A DNA stretch of 45,532 nt from a virus (lineage: Duplodnaviria; Caudoviricetes). The notes beneath the pieces are model-generated. The model ran no database searches. It had not been told where the DNA came from and worked only from the letters and a program-made list of their open reading frames with translations. Shown here piece by piece: positions 19,427-27,004 of this stretch; positions within the stretch are counted from its first letter, which is position 1; each line of letters begins with the position of its first letter. The translations under genes and the position numbers were made by a program. The stretch spans positions 1 to 45,532 of the IMG/VR virus record IMGVR_UViG_3300005805_000144. One strand, 5' to 3'.

Positions 19427-19757
19427 AGCTCTAGATGAATACAAATTGGCATATTCAGAATATATAGATCATGCTGTACTTGTACATAACTATCATCTAG
19501 CGTTTATTAAGCATGGGGGCGGGGACACAGGAGCTGGACTACGCCGATCATTGCGTAAAATGCGAGAACTTGAAACCAAATTGGCTAGACTCAGTAAAGT
19601 AGCTTATAAGGAATTTCAAGCAGATAGAAAAGAATTACGGCAAAAACGCCGTGAAACCTATGAGCGTTGGAAACGAGAGAATCCAAAGCCTAAGGGAAGA
19701 CCAAAAGGAAGTAAAACAAATGTCAAACACAACAGAACAGATGAAAGCAGCTCTTGA
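19419..19757 (+). CDS. Small basic protein, possibly a diverged Hc1-like protein with an AT-hook-like motif
   Basis: Overlaps the gp46 stop. FIKHGGGDTGAGLRRSLRKMRELETKL loosely parallels the next ORF. C-terminal PKPKGRPKGSK. Confidence 0.55.
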   Translation: MSKALDEYKLAYSEYIDHAVLVHNYHLAFIKHGGGDTGAGLRRSLRKMRELETKLARLSKVAYKEFQADRKELRQKRRETYERWKRENPKPKGRPKGSKTNVKHNRTDESSS

Positions 19758-19917
19758 AGCTTATCTAGTAGAAGACGCCAAATTTACTGGTGGTAACAAC
19801 GCGGCAGGAACTCGTGCTCGCAAGGCATTAGGCGAACTAGGCAAACTAGTCAAAGCTCGTCGCAATGAAATCACAGCAGAGAAGAATGCTCGCAAGGAAG
19901 CAAAGGCTGCTCAATAA
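19720..19917 (+). CDS. Histone H1-like nucleoid protein, Hc1 family
   Basis: 65 aa from ATG 19720 (AAGGA SD upstream). GNNAAGTRARKALGELGKLVKARR matches the Hc1 core GNKAAGTRARK. Confidence 0.78.
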   Translation: MSNTTEQMKAALEAYLVEDAKFTGGNNAAGTRARKALGELGKLVKARRNEITAEKNARKEAKAAQ

Positions 19918-19920
19918 CGA

Positions 19921-20364
19921 ATGTCTTGGATTTACCAAGGCACAGTTATAGATGAATTACCCGATGACTGTGTTGGTTTTGTTTATCTCATTACCAACAC
20001 AGTTTCGGGTCGAATGTATGTTGGCAAAAAATTAGCGAAATTTAGCAAAGTAAAATACAAAACTATAAAGCAAAAAAACGGCAAAAAGAAACGCAAAAAA
20101 ATCAAATACAAAATCAACAGCGATTGGCAAGATTATTACGGCAGCAGCGATGAACTATTAAGAGATGTCGCTAAACTAGGCAAAGACAAATTTACAAGAG
20201 AAATACTGCATTATTGTGCAAGTAAGGCTCTTACCTCGTACTTGGAAGCCAAAGAACAATTTGACAGAAAAGTATTAGAAAGCAACGAATATTACAACGG
20301 GCATATTCGAGTACGAGTACACGGCTCACATATTTTTAAAGGCAAGACACACACTAAAAGCTAG
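19921..20364 (+). CDS. Short stand-alone GIY-YIG (Seg-like) nuclease-fold protein
   Basis: GFVYLITN...YVGKK, SDWQDYYGSS, FTREIL, YLEAKEQF and YYNG, with a Lys-rich insert. Only 147 aa, with no C-terminal DNA-binding repeats. Confidence 0.85.
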   Translation: MSWIYQGTVIDELPDDCVGFVYLITNTVSGRMYVGKKLAKFSKVKYKTIKQKNGKKKRKKIKYKINSDWQDYYGSSDELLRDVAKLGKDKFTREILHYCASKALTSYLEAKEQFDRKVLESNEYYNGHIRVRVHGSHIFKGKTHTKS

Positions 20365-20712
20365 CATCGGCTAATGTCGGATGCCCTATAACCGTGGGAA
20401 TGCACGGGGACGGAATCTCTGCGGTGTACAGAGCACTCGACCACTACCCTACTGCAGGATGAGGATAGCAAACTGCCGCTATTTGGTTGTTTTAAAAGGA
20501 TTTAAAGGCTAAAAAGACAGGGTTTATATACCCTACGTTATGCTTAAAAGATAGTGTTTTTAGGTATAACCGCCGTCATATGAAGACGCTGCTCGTGGTA
20601 CCGGATGACCGCCACTGTAACGCAGTAACACTATACGACTGTTCAAACTCGGATAATGTTGTATTTTCGCCCGGCAACGGGCGAAGTACGGCCATTAAAT
20701 CTGGATAATATT
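20364..20712 (+). ncRNA. Candidate large structured non-coding RNA (unassigned)
   Basis: At least ten contiguous or nested helices with G-U pairs on the plus strand, a three-way junction, an 8-bp loop pseudoknot (20551-20558 with 20627-20634) and a GCAA tetraloop stem. No credible ORF. Ends are approximate. Confidence 0.7.
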
Positions 20713-20789
20713 AAAAACATCTTCGATGTTAAAAACGCGATGAGCGTAGCGAAGAGCAAACGAACGCAGTTCGTTTTTAAATTCAGTTG

Positions 20790-20797
20790 TATAAATA
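20790..20797 (+). promoter_or_regulatory. Late promoter TATAAATA
   Basis: Exact T4 late consensus, followed by AGGA (20811-20814) and ATG at 20824. Confidence 0.85.
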
Positions 20798-20823
20798 AAA
20801 TTGTTATTTTAGGAAATAAAATT

Positions 20824-21387
20824 ATGAACATCAGAGAGCTTATTTTAGCAGTTGATAGGTATCAAGATTTATCAGAAGCAAAACCTAAAGTTAAGCCTGA
20901 TGGAAAGGGCGGTTTCGTAAACGCAGAAACCGGAGAACCTGCAGCAGATAATACAGTTCCATTTCCAAGTCAAGGTCAATCTCCTGCACAAGAACCAGCT
21001 GCTGCTGCCGCAGGCCCTACGGGTGATGCTACATTAGATCAACCTTTACCACCTAAAGATCCAAATGCTCCCAGCTTTGGTAAAAAGGCTGCAGGAGTAT
21101 TAGGTAAAATTGGTAAAGGTATTGGTGCTGTTGCATCTGTTCCACAGGGTATTGGCAGAGCTATTAAGAAAGGTTACCAATCGGGATTACAAAACGTTGG
21201 TGGACCCGGAGCTGCGCCTGCCGGCGGTGCAAGACAGAGTAGAGCAGGTGCTGCTGCAAGTGGCGGATCACAACAGGGCGGTGGTGCCGGGGATGCAGAG
21301 GTAAATGATCTGCGTCAAATGATCAATAGATTGGATGCAAGATTAACCGCTGCTGGCATTAAAGAAACAAAGAAGTCTGTAAAATAA
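20824..21387 (+). CDS. Late Ala/Gly/Pro-rich protein, possible internal head protein
   Basis: 187 aa from ATG 20824; the track's 20656 start would run through the structured RNA and the promoter. N-terminus MNIREL...LSE-A contains a potential prohead-protease site. Confidence 0.65.
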   Translation: MNIRELILAVDRYQDLSEAKPKVKPDGKGGFVNAETGEPAADNTVPFPSQGQSPAQEPAAAAAGPTGDATLDQPLPPKDPNAPSFGKKAAGVLGKIGKGIGAVASVPQGIGRAIKKGYQSGLQNVGGPGAAPAGGARQSRAGAAASGGSQQGGGAGDAEVNDLRQMINRLDARLTAAGIKETKKSVK

Positions 21388-21388
21388 T

Positions 21389-21619
21389 TTAAAAGAACGG
21401 CAGTCCCGATTCTTTAGTTGTTTCTAAGTTTTCCTTAATTATTTCGCCAAGTACTAATCTATCGGAAAAGTCAAGCATATAGGCTTGCTCCAACGTTACA
21501 GAACCTCTCATATACCAAGCGATTTTATATAATTCTTTCTTTAAGGCTTTTGACTCATTTTCCATCTTTTGTACCTCTGCCTCTATTTCGGGCAGAGTCA
21601 TAGTCAAAAGCCTTGCGCG
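21389..21619 (-). CDS. -1 frame extension of the upstream chaperone (gpT-like; small gp51-like ORF)
   Basis: The -1 frame is open from the slippery site to the TAA at 21389 (RARLLTMTLPEIEAEVQKM...IAWYMRGSVTLEQAYML...). Its possible TTG/ATG starts are buried in a stem-loop. Confidence 0.75.
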   Translation of the reverse strand, partial: RARLLTMTLPEIEAEVQKMENESKALKKELYKIAWYMRGSVTLEQAYMLDFSDRLVLGEIIKENLETTKESGLPFF

Positions 21620-21625
21620 AAAAAA
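21543..21625 (-). promoter_or_regulatory. Programmed -1 ribosomal frameshift signal
   Basis: In-frame T-TTT-TTC heptamer (21625-21619), 4-nt spacer, then a perfect 13-bp stem (21602-21614 with 21543-21555) enclosing a 7-bp hairpin (21591-21597 with 21575-21581). Confidence 0.78.
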
Positions 21626-22482
21626 TCAGTTTCGTTAAACGCAATAGGAATATTATAACTTGCAGGCGCTCCCTGCTTTTGTTGCTCTTCTGTGGTTGTA
21701 AATTCAATCGGTTCAAGATTGTTTTCTTTCTTTAAATTTTCTATGTGGGTTTGAATTTTTTGAATTATATCTTTATCGGCATTGAAAACAAATTCTCTAA
21801 TATGTTCCTTATCATCTACTTCTACTTCGCCAGTCCAAATTTTATAAATTGACTCCACAATCAAATCAATAGTAATCGTTGTTAATTTAGAAAAGCTGTC
21901 ATTGAACAATTCAATTTTTTTATCTTCAGGAATGCTATCGTCATTGACCATTTTTAAAATTTTTGTAGTTTCAAAAGTTTTCATACTGGTTTTTGACATA
22001 TGACTGTATGTTAATGGTTTCACATACACAATAAAATTTTCGTCAATTGCAATTTGTTCTATCCATTTAGCCTGTTGTTGTTTGTCAATTAAAACTCTAA
22101 GATCTAAATCATATTCTACTTCTTCATTAATTACAGGAATTTTATGATTCATACTCATTTTTTCGCCGTAGGTAGCAAGTCGAATTGCAATTAAAATTAA
22201 ATCAAAATCAATACTAGGACATGCCCAAGCATTTTTAATATTAGGCATGCAGCTTTGCAACACATCTACTAAGGCCTGTCCATTTAAAAGTGCGTCGGGA
22301 GTTTTAAAAACCAGTTCATCCCTAGCTGTCATTGAATAAACAGGATATTCATCGTTTTCAGTTATTTCTAAGCTACCAGGTGGCCACCATTTACCGCCAC
22401 TAGGCAATGTAATGTAAATTTTAGGTTGCCTCATGTAGCTTGCTAGAGGATTAATTTTTTTTGGCTGTGGAATTGGCTGCAT
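21604..22482 (-). CDS. Baseplate hub / tail assembly chaperone (gp26-like)
   Basis: RQPKIYITLPSGG...VYSMTARDELVFKTPDALLNG...DFDLILIAIRLATYGE resembles the T4 gp26/baseplate chaperone family. GGAG SD at 22489-22492. Divergent from the tape measure gene. Confidence 0.72.
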   Translation of the reverse strand: MQPIPQPKKINPLASYMRQPKIYITLPSGGKWWPPGSLEITENDEYPVYSMTARDELVFKTPDALLNGQALVDVLQSCMPNIKNAWACPSIDFDLILIAIRLATYGEKMSMNHKIPVINEEVEYDLDLRVLIDKQQQAKWIEQIAIDENFIVYVKPLTYSHMSKTSMKTFETTKILKMVNDDSIPEDKKIELFNDSFSKLTTITIDLIVESIYKIWTGEVEVDDKEHIREFVFNADKDIIQKIQTHIENLKKENNLEPIEFTTTEEQQKQGAPASYNIPIAFNETDFFAQGF

Positions 22483-22494
22483 TTTAATCTCCGA

Positions 22495-22529
22495 TAAATA
22501 AAATGGTACTAATGCAAATTTTATTTATA
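22495..22529. promoter_or_regulatory. Crossed late promoters: TAAATA (plus, 22495-22500) and TATAAATA (minus, 22522-22529)
   Basis: Both motifs lie in the 74-nt gap between the divergent chaperone and tape measure genes. Confidence 0.75.
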
Positions 22530-22556
22530 ACCCGCTTTTATGGACAAAATTAAACT

Positions 22557-24851
22557 ATGAATGGTGTAGCTGAAGCACTTCTGCAGGACCTTTTAGCGCA
22601 GTCAATGACGCAAACTCAGTTGCTACAGAGATTAGCAAGAGGCTTTTCTGCTGCTGGGGGCGGCGGTGGTTCTGGCGGGGGTTCTGGCGGAGGTGGCAGT
22701 GGTTCTGGCGGGAGCATGTTGAGTGTTTTAAATCCTTTAAATCTATTAAGCGGCGCAGCTTCTCTACTTACTTCTGGATTTAAACTACTTTCTGGTATAG
22801 TATCCACAGCTTGGGGAATATTTAAAAACCTTTTGGGAACAGTAGGTAATGTTGCCAATGCCTTTGCAAGTTTAGGCAAACAAGCAGTTGAGAACGGCAT
22901 AAAAATGAGCGATTATTATGCTATGTTTCAAAACGTTCCGTTAGTTGGCGCATTCTTTACTTTACGTTCTACTATAATGCAGGTCACTGAAGCTATGTTA
23001 GAACTGTACAGAAATACCAGTTCAGTTGGTGCAACTTTTGGAGGAAGTTTAGGAGCGGCGAGGGGTGCAGCAGCCCAAGCAGAATTAAGTCTTAACGAAT
23101 TTGGAAAAGTTGTAAGATCATCTGCACCAAACTTAGCAGCATTCGGTGGCACGGTAGAAGCTGGAGCAACAGCGTTAGCAAGAATGAACAGTCAGTTTAT
23201 GAGAGGCACTGACGAATCAGGAAGAAGTGTATTGGGGTTAGGGTATAAATTTGATGAAGCTGCTACAACACTAGCATCGTTTATGGCTCGACAGGCGGCT
23301 ATCGGTGATGCTAGAAACATGAGCGACCAGCAAGTAATTAAAGGCGCTAGAGAATATGCCGTTAACTTAGATATGCTAGCTAGATTAACCGGTCAGGAAC
23401 GAATGGAATTAGACAAAAAACTTCAACTTCAACAAGAAGAAGAAGGATTTTTGGCCTACGTAAATTCTATTGCAGATAAAAGCGAAAGAGAAAGAATTTT
23501 AGTAGCTAGAGATTTCGTTGCTGCCAGCAATCCCGCTGCGATGAGACAGTTTATGGCAGGCGTACAGGGATTATCTGTACCTATGGATGAATACGGTCAG
23601 CAATTAATTTTAACTGGTCAGGCTCACGAACTAGAAGCACAAACATATATTGACGTTATCAAACGATCAAGAACTGTAGAAGAAGCACAGAGATTAATGC
23701 TTGAAAAGACCGTTAGAGAAGGTAGACAGGTAGGTAAAGTCTTTGGCGATATGGCTCAAACTTTCACATTAAGCGGCCAAAAGGTCGTAGGTACAAGTGT
23801 CGCTTTAGCTAGACGAATTGACGAAGCTGGAGGTTCAACTAAAGCTTTTGATCAAGCATTAAAAGAATTGCAAAAAACTGCAGGCGGAAATGCAAAAAGT
23901 CAAGCAGAATCAGAACTTGCTGCAAGAAAAGCAGGCGAAGCTTTACTAGGAGTCGCTACTAGAATTTTAAGTTACTTCTTGCCAGCTTTAGATAAAATAG
24001 AAGGATGGTTAATGGGTCCGGGTATTGATGCTCTTGAAACGGTAGGAGCAGCATTAGGAAAAATTGTTGTATGGATTGTTAATACCATTGATGAATACAC
24101 GAAGATTTTCTCAAAGTCAGGAATTGGCGGATTGATGAATCAAGTTGGCAAAGATATTAAAGAAGGGTTAAAAACAGCTTGGGAATTTATTGAAGGACCA
24201 GTAATGAGATTTTTTACAGGTTATTTGAAACCCTGGTTTGATAGACTTATGATTGAATTCAAATATTGGATGTTGGATCTAGCAGAGGGAATATTACCCG
24301 ATTGGATGGTAGAAGGCGATAAAGAATCTAGGGCAAAAGATAAAGCTAAAGAACTTGAAGCGTTAGGTATAACAACTGCTTCAACAAGAGAAAAAAATGA
24401 TGTAAGAGCACAATTAGAAGCTTTAGAAAAATTAATGACTCGAGGTAGAGGTGGTCCAAGTCTTACTCCAGAACAACAAGCCGAATATATTAGATTAACT
24501 AGAGAAGTGCAACGAATAGAAGCAGAAGAAGCTGCTAGAGAAGCTGCTAGAGAAGCATGGGAAAACTCAAGAAACAATCCTAGGCACAGACATAGTGGAA
24601 CAATCGGCATGACTGGAAGTTGGTGGGAGAAAGAAAGCGGCCCATTAAATATCCAGGCAGGTGAATCTGTACTAACCCAAAGCCAACTAGCTCAAATTGT
24701 GGACACCGCGGGTTCTAATAAATTAGCAGAGCAGGTAGAACGCTTAAATAATATATCCGCTGAAATGCTTGTATATCTAAGAGAAACTGCCAAAAATACA
24801 GCAGACAATATGAGAGCTACAAGAGCACTTAACGGTAACGCTTTAGCATAA
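22557..24851 (+). CDS. Tail tape measure protein
   Basis: 764 aa, Ala/Gly-rich and alpha-helical, with amphipathic Trp-spaced segments and a C-terminal RHSGTIG...IQAGESVL motif. Adjacent to the chaperone pair. Confidence 0.75.
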   Translation: MNGVAEALLQDLLAQSMTQTQLLQRLARGFSAAGGGGGSGGGSGGGGSGSGGSMLSVLNPLNLLSGAASLLTSGFKLLSGIVSTAWGIFKNLLGTVGNVANAFASLGKQAVENGIKMSDYYAMFQNVPLVGAFFTLRSTIMQVTEAMLELYRNTSSVGATFGGSLGAARGAAAQAELSLNEFGKVVRSSAPNLAAFGGTVEAGATALARMNSQFMRGTDESGRSVLGLGYKFDEAATTLASFMARQAAIGDARNMSDQQVIKGAREYAVNLDMLARLTGQERMELDKKLQLQQEEEGFLAYVNSIADKSERERILVARDFVAASNPAAMRQFMAGVQGLSVPMDEYGQQLILTGQAHELEAQTYIDVIKRSRTVEEAQRLMLEKTVREGRQVGKVFGDMAQTFTLSGQKVVGTSVALARRIDEAGGSTKAFDQALKELQKTAGGNAKSQAESELAARKAGEALLGVATRILSYFLPALDKIEGWLMGPGIDALETVGAALGKIVVWIVNTIDEYTKIFSKSGIGGLMNQVGKDIKEGLKTAWEFIEGPVMRFFTGYLKPWFDRLMIEFKYWMLDLAEGILPDWMVEGDKESRAKDKAKELEALGITTASTREKNDVRAQLEALEKLMTRGRGGPSLTPEQQAEYIRLTREVQRIEAEEAAREAAREAWENSRNNPRHRHSGTIGMTGSWWEKESGPLNIQAGESVLTQSQLAQIVDTAGSNKLAEQVERLNNISAEMLVYLRETAKNTADNMRATRALNGNALA

Positions 24852-24865
24852 CTGAGAATACATAA

Positions 24866-26596
24866 ATGGCATGGAAGAAATATTTTACGCCCGTTAACAC
24901 ATCTGGAGCACTCAGTCCAGTAAGCGGTTCAACATCGGCGGGCATGAGCGGCAATAGTTTAGCCAAAACAAATTACAGCAGCTTCTTGCCAGATGTTTAC
25001 AGCGGACATCCTAATCGTTTAGAACGCTATGGTCAATATGACACGATGGATTGGGACAGTGAAGTAAATGCTGCTTTTGATATTCTAGCTGAATTTTGCA
25101 CACAGACAAACGAAGAAAACGGCACACCGTTTCAAATTTTCTTTAAGGACAAGGCCACAGGAACAGAAGTAAAACTATTAAAAAAGTTTTTACAGCAGTG
25201 GACTAAACTCAACAAGTTTGATAAAAGAATTTTTAAAATTGTTCGTAATGCTTTCAAATACGGTGATTCATTCTTTATTAGAGATCCTGAAACACAGTCT
25301 TGGTTATACATTGACCCAGCAAAAGTAGATAAAATTGTTGTGAATGAAAGTGAAGGCAAAAAGCCAGAACAATATATCATTCGTGATTTTAACCCCAACC
25401 TAGAAGCACTGTCATCCACAGCCATACAGCCCAGCAATATGCAGGGTGCAGGCAATCAATACGGCAGCGGATACAACATGGGATTAAATGGTGCTGGCGG
25501 CTCAAGGGGCATGACCGGCGCTTATCCTAACAGCGGTACAGGTAGTAGATTTAATCTAAATCAAAACCAATATGCTATTGATGCTAGACATGTTATTCAC
25601 GTTAGCATGAGCGAAGGCATCGATAATAACTTTCCTTTTGGCAACAGCCTAATGGAAACTATATTCAAAGTTTTCAAACAAAAAGAATTACTAGAAGATG
25701 CTATCATTATCTATCGTGTACAACGCGCACCAGAACGCAGAGTATTCTATATCGATGTAGGCAACATGCCCAGCCACTTGGCAATGAGTTTTGTGGAAAG
25801 AGTTAAGAATGAAGTCAACCAACGCAGAATACCTAGCCAAACCGGCGGTACTCAAAGTGTTATTGACGCTAGTTATAATCCTCTGTCAATTAATGAAGAC
25901 TATTTCTTCCCGCAGACTGCAGAAGGTCGTGGAAGTAAAGTAGACATTTTACCTGGCGGAACCAACCTAGGTGAAATTGACGATTTGCGTTATTTCACAA
26001 ATAAACTATTCCGCGCCCTAAGAATACCCAGTTCATATCTGCCTACAGGCCCAGATGACGGCGGCAGTAACTTTAACGACGGCAGAGTAGGCACTGCCTA
26101 TATTCAAGAACTAAGATTTAACAAGTATTGTGAAAGATTGCAAAGCTTGTTAAACGAACCATTTGATACAGAATTTAAAATGTATCTAAGAAACAAGGGA
26201 ATTAACATCGATCCTAATATTTTTGATGTTAAGTTCAATGCTCCGCAAAATTTTGCATCTTACAGACAGGCAGAAATGGATGTTGCTAGGGTACAGACCT
26301 TCCAAACCATGGTAGCTATACCCTTTGTAAGCCAGAGGTTTGCTCTCAAACGCTTCCTAGGACTAACTCAGGAAGAAATTACAGAAAACGAACGTTTGTG
26401 GGAGCAGGAGAATATAGACAGTGCTGCTGCGCTATCAGCAAATGCTGAACTTAGAGGTGCAGGAATTACTGCAGGCGGCATTAGTTCAGATCTAGGCGCA
26501 CTAGATTCAAACACAGCGGATCTAGGTGATGTTGCAGCAGAGCCAGGAGCAGCGCCCGCACCCGGCGGTGCAGCACCAGAACCTCCACCGGCCTAA
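24866..26596 (+). CDS. gp20: Portal vertex protein
   Basis: LLEDAIIIYRVQRAPERRVFYIDVGNMP, EDYFFP...GRGSKVDILPGGTNLGEIDDLRYFTNKLFRALRIPSS and ELRFNKY are T4 gp20 signatures. Confidence 0.97.
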   Translation: MAWKKYFTPVNTSGALSPVSGSTSAGMSGNSLAKTNYSSFLPDVYSGHPNRLERYGQYDTMDWDSEVNAAFDILAEFCTQTNEENGTPFQIFFKDKATGTEVKLLKKFLQQWTKLNKFDKRIFKIVRNAFKYGDSFFIRDPETQSWLYIDPAKVDKIVVNESEGKKPEQYIIRDFNPNLEALSSTAIQPSNMQGAGNQYGSGYNMGLNGAGGSRGMTGAYPNSGTGSRFNLNQNQYAIDARHVIHVSMSEGIDNNFPFGNSLMETIFKVFKQKELLEDAIIIYRVQRAPERRVFYIDVGNMPSHLAMSFVERVKNEVNQRRIPSQTGGTQSVIDASYNPLSINEDYFFPQTAEGRGSKVDILPGGTNLGEIDDLRYFTNKLFRALRIPSSYLPTGPDDGGSNFNDGRVGTAYIQELRFNKYCERLQSLLNEPFDTEFKMYLRNKGINIDPNIFDVKFNAPQNFASYRQAEMDVARVQTFQTMVAIPFVSQRFALKRFLGLTQEEITENERLWEQENIDSAAALSANAELRGAGITAGGISSDLGALDSNTADLGDVAAEPGAAPAPGGAAPEPPPA

Positions 26597-26600
26597 TAGA

Positions 26601-26606
26601 TAAATA
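26601..26606 (+). promoter_or_regulatory. Late promoter TAAATA
   Basis: GATAAATA just after the portal stop, 7 nt before ATG 26614. Confidence 0.65.
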
Positions 26607-26613
26607 TTAAGCC

Positions 26614-26856
26614 ATGTTGCTAATAGAGTTTATAAACACAGGATCTAAATTTAGTGAGTTTGCTGAAGATGATCGCTATATCAATCGCGATGATACCAGT
26701 GTTTTAAAGAATAAAGATCTCCGTAAAACTAGACTTACTCTAAGAGATATCAACACTATTAGAAAAGCAGCAGAAGCACACCAAAAAGAACAGAGAGAAG
26801 AATCTGTTCTAATTAGAAAAATGTATGCCATGCCTCCTCCGGAAGCAGCAGCATAA
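26614..26856 (+). CDS. Small head-module protein of unknown function
   Basis: 80 aa between the portal and core genes, with its own late promoter; RKTRLTLRDINTIRK. Confidence 0.7.
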   Translation: MLLIEFINTGSKFSEFAEDDRYINRDDTSVLKNKDLRKTRLTLRDINTIRKAAEAHQKEQREESVLIRKMYAMPPPEAAA

Positions 26857-26960
26857 CAAGATTTTAGTAAATTTGTTTAAAAACTAATTCTAAAATCTAA
26901 AATTATTGGTCAAAACGGCTCGTTTTTGGCCTATTTCACATAAGTAATAGACATTCGCTG

Positions 26961-26966
26961 TAAATA
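26961..26966 (+). promoter_or_regulatory. Late promoter TAAATA for the core-protease-scaffold-capsid operon
   Basis: TAAATA, then AAGGAG SD (26993-26998) and ATG 27005. Confidence 0.7.
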
Positions 26967-27004
26967 AACGTACAGCCTTGCCGCTATCATTTAAGGAGAA
27001 CACG

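Noticed and set aside
20400-20660. tRNA, tmRNA, RNase P RNA or hammerhead ribozyme
   Set aside because: GGGGAC and GTTCAAA are suggestive, but there is no acceptor stem, paired T-arm or CCA end, no GAGGAAAGUCC, and no CUGAUGA/GAAA core.
19921-20780. Group I intron carrying a GIY-YIG homing endonuclease
   Set aside because: No interrupted host gene flanks it, and I could not find the P7/J8-7 core sequences. The ORF lacks DNA-binding modules. A degenerate intron is not formally excluded without a covariance model search.
20656-20823. N-terminal extension of the 243-aa track ORF (and the minus-strand ORF 20643-20831)
   Set aside because: It overlaps the hairpins and a perfect late promoter; an SD and ATG at 20824 give the better start.
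22655-22715. GGGGS-type run as a synthetic linker or contamination
   Set aside because: Codons vary and it sits in frame in the tape measure N-terminus; a natural low-complexity linker.
26908-26931. Hairpin GGTCAAAACG-GCT-CGTTTTTGGCC as a terminator
   Set aside because: Weak bulged stem with no good U-tract after it; function cannot be supported.
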